NCBI GenBank assembly: GCA_964468815.1
Contig: CAYXWN010000004.1
Coordinates: 164 to 64,163 of the forward strand
DNA: 64,000 nt
DNA from: an uncultured Clostridia bacterium
GTDB taxonomy: Bacteria; Bacillota; Clostridia; Christensenellales; Borkfalkiaceae
Direction: 5' to 3'
A program made the position numbers and the translations under genes. Positions within the stretch are counted from its first letter, which is position 1, and each line of letters starts with the position of its first letter. The notes beneath the pieces are model-generated. The model made no database searches. It had not been told where the DNA came from and saw only the letters and a list, made by a program, of their open reading frames with translations. Of the stretch, positions 58,126 to 64,000 are shown one piece after another.

Positions 58126-61100
58126 ATGACAGGAACAAAACAGACAAAACGAGCCGGCTTTAAGGCAATCTTCTCTCTGATCACTGCGCTTTTATTGTGC
58201 TTCGTGATGGCGTTCGGTCTTGCGTGTAACAGCGAAGAACCGAAAGAGGACAAAACGACTTACACGAAAAGCGAAACGGACGAACAGACCATTGCAAACG
58301 GTAACTTCGAATTCAAGACGGCAGACTCCAAGCCGACCAGCTTCCCCATTTATACGAGCATCAGCTGGACGAAAGCGACGGACAACGCGTCTTCATCCGC
58401 AGTTAACTCCGGCATCGTCGATACGGACGACTTCGACACTTGGTTCGACAATCTTTACGCCGATACCGATTTCGTGAAATACCTCAAACGCAATTACGCA
58501 GACGCCGTTGAAGCATTGGGTGAAAACCCCTCGGACGCCGACGTTAAGAGCGCTTTGAAAACCGCTTTCGGTAATCCGGGCGTCAACGAGACGCACGGCG
58601 AAGACGGCGAAACCAAGATCCTCATGATCAACAACTACGTGGATTCTTTCCCCGGCTACGGCACGGCGCAGAAATTCACGAGCACCACTTCGCTCACGTT
58701 GGACAAAAACGCTTACGGCAAACTCTCCGTTTGGGTTAAGACGCAAAATATCAACACCAACCTCGCCGATTCGGACGAGTACGGCGCGAATATTCGCATC
58801 GTAAACACCCTCGCGGGCGTTACGCAGGCGGAATACCAAATTAAAGGAATCCGCAACGCGGAATGGACGCAATATTCCGTTTACGTGAAAGGGAACGATT
58901 TCGCGACGGCGACCTTAAAGGTTGTGCTCGGACTCGGTTTCGGATCGGGTACTTCCAACGTGGAAAACAACGTTGAAGGCACGGCTTATTTCGACGACGT
59001 GGTTTACGAAGAAATCACCGAGGAAGCGTACCTCGCCGCTACGGCGGACGCAACCGTTTCCGCGATCTCTCCCGAATCGCAATCCTCTTCGGATACGCTT
59101 GCCGTTTCCGCAGGAGATAAGACGACTTTCGGTTACGACATGAATACCGCGTTCTTCTTCCAAAACGCAAACGTAACGGCGAACGGCGCTTACGTCGTTT
59201 CTCCTCAGGGCGTTTCGGGCGGAAGATACGATACGGACAACAAGTCCAAGGTAACCGTCGGAACGGTTCAATCTCTCGTTGAAAATTACAACGACCTCTC
59301 CTTTATGGACGCGAGCGCGAAAGCCGTTCAAATCTATGCGGAGTACGCCAGCTACGAAGTCAGCCTCGGAAAAATCTCCGTCGCTCCGAACAGTTATCAC
59401 GTAATCAGTTTCTATCTGAAAACCGAACTTGCGTTCGACACGACGGGACTTTCTTTCTACGTGATCGACGAGGACGGCAACACGGGCGCGAATAACGTAA
59501 CGAATACCGTTTTAAGTTCCGTCGTTACCGAAAAGGTGGACGAATCCCTTACCCCGGACGACGATAATTACGACGCGTTCCGCGGTTGGAAACGTTACAC
59601 CGTCGTATTGAAGAACAACTTCGTCGAAGGCGACAGAACGTGCGAACTCATTTTGAATCTCGGACCGACCGACGCAAACGAAACCAATAAAAACCTCTTC
59701 GCACTCGGCACGGTAACGCTTGCAAACTTCTTGGAAGCGACGGGTACGATCCCCTCTGTCGACGAAAAGGATTACAAAGAATACACCGCGCAAGATCATC
59801 TTTATTCCATGATTAGCGGCGCGACGGACAGTTCGACCGTATTCTCCTACGCGTTGTACGCAAGTTATACCGAAGATTACAGCGACAGCGAGGACGAGCC
59901 CTCTTATAAAATGACCATCGCCCCCAGCAACGAGGGCGTAGAAACGACACGTCCAGCAGCACCCGACGGATTCATCGGCGTGACCGGCGGCAGCGTATAC
60001 GTCGACACCGACGAGAACGCACCTGCTTCTTCCGTCAACAAAAACGCAAACGCAGGTATCATCAATACCAAATATTTAGATAATTACACCGATTTCGTCG
60101 GAATCAAGGATTGCTTCGATACGGACGACAAGTTACAGCCTTTAATGATTTACAATCAAACCGCAGGCTCTTACGGATATCTTTCGGACAACAGCACGTT
60201 GAGCAAAGATTCCTTTACGGTTATCACCGTTCGCGTTAAGGTTACGGGCGACGCAACCGCATACGTTTACGTCGTCGATACGGCGATTGATTCGGAAAAC
60301 CGCACGAAAGTTCTCACGCAATACGACAATGCGGATCGCGCACTTGCCGTTGCCGTAAAAGCGGACATGATGGATTCCGACGGTTGGGCAACCGTAAGCA
60401 TTTACCTCTCCGCCGGAAAAGACGCGATCCAATACCGCGTCGAGTTGTGGAACGGCTCTCGCGACAACATGGTCGAAAGCAAGGGTTACGTATTCTTCGA
60501 CAATTATTCAATCTCGTCCAGCAGCGAAAGCGCATTTACTTCCGCGTTGGATACGGCGAATAACGAAGGTTATATCGAAGACACGAACTTCAAAAAGCAC
60601 ACCACAGTCTTGACCGACGAGGAAAAAGAGTATAACGAAAAATACTTGAAAGATCACGACGAAGCGTACTTCAAGCCCAGAACGGACGTCGTTTGGGCGC
60701 AAACGACAGACGTCGTTGACGGTCACCTCTATCTCTTCACGAGAAACGACACGTTGAACCGCTCCGCATCCACCATTCCTTCGGACAGCGACGACAGCGA
60801 AGAAGAAACGGGTTCGGGTTGCCAAGACGTCGATCAATCCACGTTGTGGATCTCCCTCTCCTCTCTCATTCTCGCGGTTGCGTTGGTTGTAGCGATCATC
60901 GCGTTGATCGTCAAGAGAGTTCGCATTAAGCGTCAAAAGAACCAAAACGACGCCAAGGCGCACTACAACGTCAAGAGCAGAAACAAGACGCAGGAAACCA
61001 TTTCGCAAAAGAAGAGCGCGAAAGTCGTAAAGGAAGTTCCGGAAGAAACCACGACGGAAGAACCCGAAACGGAAACCGAAACCGAAGAATATCAGTACGG

Positions 61101-61206
61101 CGAAGTTTTGGAAGACTTTGACGACAGCGTTTCCGAAACACCCGTCGCGGAAAGCGCAACAGAAGAAACGCCTGCTACGGAAAGCGAATCGGATAAAACG
61201 GAATAA
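58126..61206 (+). CDS. Large envelope protein: N-terminal lipobox, CBM-like beta-sandwich modules, C-terminal TM helix and acidic cytoplasmic tail
   Basis: 1026 aa. Lipobox FGLAC. ANGNFEF and AYFDDVVYEE / YVFFDNYSI are jelly-roll hallmarks. GSGC is followed by TM LWISLSSLILAVALVVAIIALIV, then KRVRIKRQK. The tail is rich in E/T (ETETETEE). Confidence 0.8.
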   Translation: MTGTKQTKRAGFKAIFSLITALLLCFVMAFGLACNSEEPKEDKTTYTKSETDEQTIANGNFEFKTADSKPTSFPIYTSISWTKATDNASSSAVNSGIVDTDDFDTWFDNLYADTDFVKYLKRNYADAVEALGENPSDADVKSALKTAFGNPGVNETHGEDGETKILMINNYVDSFPGYGTAQKFTSTTSLTLDKNAYGKLSVWVKTQNINTNLADSDEYGANIRIVNTLAGVTQAEYQIKGIRNAEWTQYSVYVKGNDFATATLKVVLGLGFGSGTSNVENNVEGTAYFDDVVYEEITEEAYLAATADATVSAISPESQSSSDTLAVSAGDKTTFGYDMNTAFFFQNANVTANGAYVVSPQGVSGGRYDTDNKSKVTVGTVQSLVENYNDLSFMDASAKAVQIYAEYASYEVSLGKISVAPNSYHVISFYLKTELAFDTTGLSFYVIDEDGNTGANNVTNTVLSSVVTEKVDESLTPDDDNYDAFRGWKRYTVVLKNNFVEGDRTCELILNLGPTDANETNKNLFALGTVTLANFLEATGTIPSVDEKDYKEYTAQDHLYSMISGATDSSTVFSYALYASYTEDYSDSEDEPSYKMTIAPSNEGVETTRPAAPDGFIGVTGGSVYVDTDENAPASSVNKNANAGIINTKYLDNYTDFVGIKDCFDTDDKLQPLMIYNQTAGSYGYLSDNSTLSKDSFTVITVRVKVTGDATAYVYVVDTAIDSENRTKVLTQYDNADRALAVAVKADMMDSDGWATVSIYLSAGKDAIQYRVELWNGSRDNMVESKGYVFFDNYSISSSSESAFTSALDTANNEGYIEDTNFKKHTTVLTDEEKEYNEKYLKDHDEAYFKPRTDVVWAQTTDVVDGHLYLFTRNDTLNRSASTIPSDSDDSEEETGSGCQDVDQSTLWISLSSLILAVALVVAIIALIVKRVRIKRQKNQNDAKAHYNVKSRNKTQETISQKKSAKVVKEVPEETTTEEPETETETEEYQYGEVLEDFDDSVSETPVAESATEETPATESESDKTE

Positions 61207-61218
61207 TTCTTAAAATCA

Positions 61219-61250
61219 AGTGCGGAAGCAATCGGCTTCCGCACTTTTTT
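61219..61250 (+). terminator. Rho-independent terminator
   Basis: AGTGCGGAAGC-aatcg-GCTTCCGCACT followed by TTTTT. Confidence 0.85.
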
Positions 61251-61374
61251 ATGCAATCGAACAGAACCGCTTACCGATACGAACGTGCTTTCCCTACCGA
61301 TATTTTTATGAAAGATTCCTTGCTATTATATATAATGTTATATAAAGCGGCGAATTGCGATCCCGAAAGAGCGA

Positions 61375-61405
61375 AAAACGGACGGTGAATTTTTCCGTCC
61401 GTTTT
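61375..61405 (+). promoter_or_regulatory. Terminator-like hairpin in the murG leader (possible attenuator)
   Basis: AAAACGGACGG-tgaattttt-CCGTCCGTTTT forms an 11-bp stem with a U-run and ends 16 nt before the murG ATG. Confidence 0.45.
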
Positions 61406-61420
61406 GCATATAAATAAGGT

Positions 61421-62476
61421 ATGCGTACAATCGTATTGACGGGAGGCGGCACGGCGGGGCACTGTATTCCCAACGTCGCGCTTCTCCCCTATCTGAAAAA
61501 CAACTTTGACCGAATCTGTTATATCGGAACGAAAAACGGAATCGAAAAAACAATCGTCGAACAAGAAAAGATTCCCTATTACGGCGTAACCGCGGCAAAA
61601 CTCGTGCGAAAATTTACAGTCAAGAATTGCGTTCTTCCCTTTCGCGTATATAAGGGCTACCGCGAATGTAAGGAAATCTTAAAGGAACTCGATCCTGCCA
61701 TCGTCTTTTCCAAGGGCGGATACGCGGCGTTTCCCGTCGTGCTTGCCGCTCATCGGTTAAATATTCCCGTTATCGCGCACGAGAGCGACTTTTCTGTAGG
61801 GCTTGCCAACCGCATGGCGGCGCGATATACGTTATTAACGCTGACAAGTTTTCCCGAAACCGCGTTGTCCTTAAAAAACGGACGCTACGTCGGCTCACCT
61901 GTTCGCAAAACCCTTTTGACCGGAGAGAGAGAACGCGCGCTCGCACGCTGCGGATTTTCGGGGGATAAACCCGTTTTGTCGGTTATCGGCGGAAGTCAGG
62001 GCAGTACCGCCGTCAATGCCGCTCTGCGCGCCGCTCTTCCCAAATTGCTAACGCAATTCGATATTCTCCATTTGACGGGAAAGGGAAACGCGAACGCACA
62101 ACTTTCTTCCGAACACTATTGCCAAATCGAATTTACGAACGACATGGCGGACGTATTTGCCATTACGGACGTTGCGGTTTCCCGTGCCGGCGCAAACACG
62201 ATCGCGGAACTTCTCGCGCTGAAAATTCCTGCCGTACTGATCCCCTTGCCAAAAGGAAACAGTCGCGGCGACCAAGTGGAAAACGCGAAATACTACGCCC
62301 AAAAAGGTCTTGTCACCCTTCTTCCGCAAGAAAATTTAACGCCAGAATCGTTGGAAAGCGCGGTCGCGGCGTGCTATGCCGATCGGTTTCATTTTCGCCT
62401 CCGCTTAGCGGAAACACCCGTTCGCGACGCAAGCCGCCAAATCACCAAGATCCTCGCCGATTACGCTAAGCGTTGA
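61421..62476 (+). CDS. murG: UDP-GlcNAc:undecaprenyl-PP-MurNAc-pentapeptide GlcNAc transferase
   Basis: 351 aa starting MRTIVLTGGGTAGH, with GGSQGS. GT28 architecture. Confidence 0.92.
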   Translation: MRTIVLTGGGTAGHCIPNVALLPYLKNNFDRICYIGTKNGIEKTIVEQEKIPYYGVTAAKLVRKFTVKNCVLPFRVYKGYRECKEILKELDPAIVFSKGGYAAFPVVLAAHRLNIPVIAHESDFSVGLANRMAARYTLLTLTSFPETALSLKNGRYVGSPVRKTLLTGERERALARCGFSGDKPVLSVIGGSQGSTAVNAALRAALPKLLTQFDILHLTGKGNANAQLSSEHYCQIEFTNDMADVFAITDVAVSRAGANTIAELLALKIPAVLIPLPKGNSRGDQVENAKYYAQKGLVTLLPQENLTPESLESAVAACYADRFHFRLRLAETPVRDASRQITKILADYAKR

Positions 62477-62729
62477 CGACAGCGCGTTCTCTGAGCAGAC
62501 GCTCCGCTTTCGCGCGCTTGCGCTCATACGTATTCAACCCCTCGCAATCCGCGAACAACGACAATACGTCGAACTGTTCCGAACAAGCCCCTACGGGGAT
62601 TCGCCCCTCGGTTTTTGCCGAGGGCTTTTTTATAAGCGTTTTCTCCGTTTGCATATCGCGTTCCGATGCGTATGCTTGTGCAGACGTGTCCTTTTTCTCG
62701 AAAAACGTACGAATCATCCAATCAATCAT
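62466..62729 (-). CDS. Hypothetical 87-aa protein
   Basis: Good RBS (AAAGGAGAAG) 6 nt upstream of the ATG at 62729. No recognisable family. Its 3' end overlaps the murG 3' end by 11 nt (convergent). Confidence 0.5.
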   Translation of the reverse strand: MIDWMIRTFFEKKDTSAQAYASERDMQTEKTLIKKPSAKTEGRIPVGACSEQFDVLSLFADCEGLNTYERKRAKAERLLRERAVVNA

Positions 62730-62810
62730 CTTTTTCTTCTCCTTTCCACTCTATCATATCCAATAATTATGACAAATGTCTGTCACAATTAAAAAACTTT
62801 TCTTAAACTC

Positions 62811-62839
62811 TTGCAATTTTTTCGGAAATATACTATGAT
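62811..62839 (+). promoter_or_regulatory. Promoter of the WYL regulator gene
   Basis: TTGCAA, a 17-nt spacer, then TATGAT. An inverted repeat TGACA-N6-TGTCA lies upstream at 62770-62785. Confidence 0.5.
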
Positions 62840-62858
62840 AGAAATATGAGGACAAGCC

Positions 62859-63794
62859 ATGAAATATGAAATACTGCTTCAAATTTTTTTTGAACTGACC
62901 GCCAAGCGCAGCGTTTCCACCACCGCTCTCGCCCGAAAATACAACGTCACGCGCAGAACGATTTTCCGCTATATGGAAACGTTGGAACAAGCAGGCGTCC
63001 CTCTCTATTCCAGACGCGGAAAAGAGGGCGGTTATTCGATCGTGGATTCTTACCGCCTGAGCGCGGCTTGCTTTACACCGGAAGAATACCGCATGATCAT
63101 CGACGCGTTGGAGGCATTCCGTCGCGAAGTCGGCGCAAAACCGTTAGACAGCGCACTGAATAAGATCAAGAGCGCGGAACGCGGCAGCGCGGAACTGCAA
63201 TTAAAGAGCGATCGGTTGATCATCGACGCGTCCCCTTGGGGAGATTCCGCCGAATACCGCGGCAAGATCGCCGCATTGGAAGAGGCGATCGGAGGTTGTA
63301 ATACCGTGGAAATCGAATATCACGACCGCAACGGAGCGATTACTCTCAGAATAGTCGAACCGCACGCGCTCGTTTACAAGCAAGGGCTTTGGTACGTGCT
63401 TGCGTTCTGCCGATTGAGAAATCAATTCCGTCTCTTTAAGATCGGTCGAATCGCCACGGCAAAAATAAACGCCGAGCAATTTCAGCGACGAGATCCGTCC
63501 GAAATTCCCCCGTTGTTTACCTCTTGGTACAAAGAATCGGACTGCGTAAACGCGGTGTTTGCGGTCGATCGCAGCGTATTGAGCGACGTGGAAGAATGGC
63601 TGGGAATCGAAAACGTGCGCGAAACGGAAAACGGAATCCGAGCGGAAGCGCGGTTGCCCGTCGGAAAGGGCTTAATCGCCAAAATTCTCGGATTCGGAAA
63701 GGGCATAGAAGTTCTGTCTCCGCTCTCTCTTCGGAAAGAAGTAATCGCGCAACTTACGGAGTTGACAGAACGGTACTCTTCGGCGAATATTTGA
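62859..63794 (+). CDS. HTH + WYL domain transcriptional regulator (YafY-like)
   Basis: 311 aa. N-terminal HTH (VSTTALARKYNVTRRTIFRYMETLEQAGVPL). WYL-type core (IEYHDRNGAITLRIVEPHALVYKQGLWYVLAFCRLRNQFRLFKIGRI). Confidence 0.85.
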   Translation: MKYEILLQIFFELTAKRSVSTTALARKYNVTRRTIFRYMETLEQAGVPLYSRRGKEGGYSIVDSYRLSAACFTPEEYRMIIDALEAFRREVGAKPLDSALNKIKSAERGSAELQLKSDRLIIDASPWGDSAEYRGKIAALEEAIGGCNTVEIEYHDRNGAITLRIVEPHALVYKQGLWYVLAFCRLRNQFRLFKIGRIATAKINAEQFQRRDPSEIPPLFTSWYKESDCVNAVFAVDRSVLSDVEEWLGIENVRETENGIRAEARLPVGKGLIAKILGFGKGIEVLSPLSLRKEVIAQLTELTERYSSANI

Positions 63795-63886
63795 TCACAA
63801 AAAAATAATAGGGTGATTCTATTGACTTATTCGTCGTTTTTCGCTAAAATGGATATTACCATTGGATTTCGTTTACGAGGTATAAA

Positions 63887-64000
63887 ATGAAGAAAATAGA
63901 TATGAAATTATTAAAAACGGCGGTCAAATCAGTCTCGTTTATCGCAATCGCCGCATTGTTTTTGATGATATTACATTTTACGAGAGCATTCGTCGTCCAA
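63887..64000 (+). CDS. 5' fragment of a membrane-anchored protein, possibly signal peptidase I
   Basis: GAGG lies 6 nt upstream of the ATG. The fragment reads MKKIDMKLLKTAVKSVSFIAIAALFLMILHFTRAFVVQ. The TM followed by R.FVVQ resembles the LepB N-terminus. It is truncated by the window end. Confidence 0.35.
   Translation, partial: MKKIDMKLLKTAVKSVSFIAIAALFLMILHFTRAFVVQ

Noticed and set aside
61271-61598. Two minus-strand ORFs (97 and 86 aa) covering the murG leader and start.
   Set aside because: They overlap the murG start and each other, have no RBS, and their composition looks like translated non-coding or antisense DNA.

Overview
This 64-kb chromosomal segment reads like a low/mid-GC Gram-positive anaerobe, probably Clostridia-like. 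Supporting signs are a CIRCE-controlled groESL, TTGACA/TATAAT promoters, GGAGG ribosome-binding sites and many Cys-lipobox signal peptides. There are about 50 genes, most on the minus strand.

Housekeeping genes (hom, coaX, dCMP deaminase, groES/groEL, Na/Pi symporter, mreB-like, maf, ppx, murG) are interleaved with three carbohydrate loci:
- (i) 10.5-25.8 kb: a ~14-kb single-strand operon with a divergent AraC regulator. It encodes a GH37-like hydrolase, an LplABC-type ABC importer, four large exported proteins of unknown function and a CE2-like esterase.
- (ii) 27.4-35.8 kb: a LacI-headed pair of cytoplasmic glycosidases, followed by a decaying lipoprotein/ABC operon with two frameshifts and one truncation.
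- (iii) 36.2-51.6 kb: an alpha-glucan operon with a CUT1 ABC importer, two tandem ~1340-aa GH13 lipoproteins and three envelope proteins of unknown function.

The window starts inside an IS3-family element. I saw no rRNA, tRNA, CRISPR array, prophage or recognisable defence genes.

Best candidates for something undescribed:
- A possible C-terminal protein-sorting pair at 36.2-39.9 kb. A 631-aa secreted protein ends in G-C-G-S + TM helix + basic cluster and sits next to a CPBP-like polytopic membrane protein.
- The uncharacterised surface-protein set of locus (i).
- An 842-bp block of perfect identity inside the otherwise diverged tandem GH13 paralogues.
- A lipoprotein with four C-x9-C-x2-C-x12/13-H repeats.
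- A 65-aa protein with 11 cysteines.
- A shared palindromic operator linking the LacI gene to the alpha-glucan operon.

All family assignments come from motifs recognised by eye; no database search was possible.
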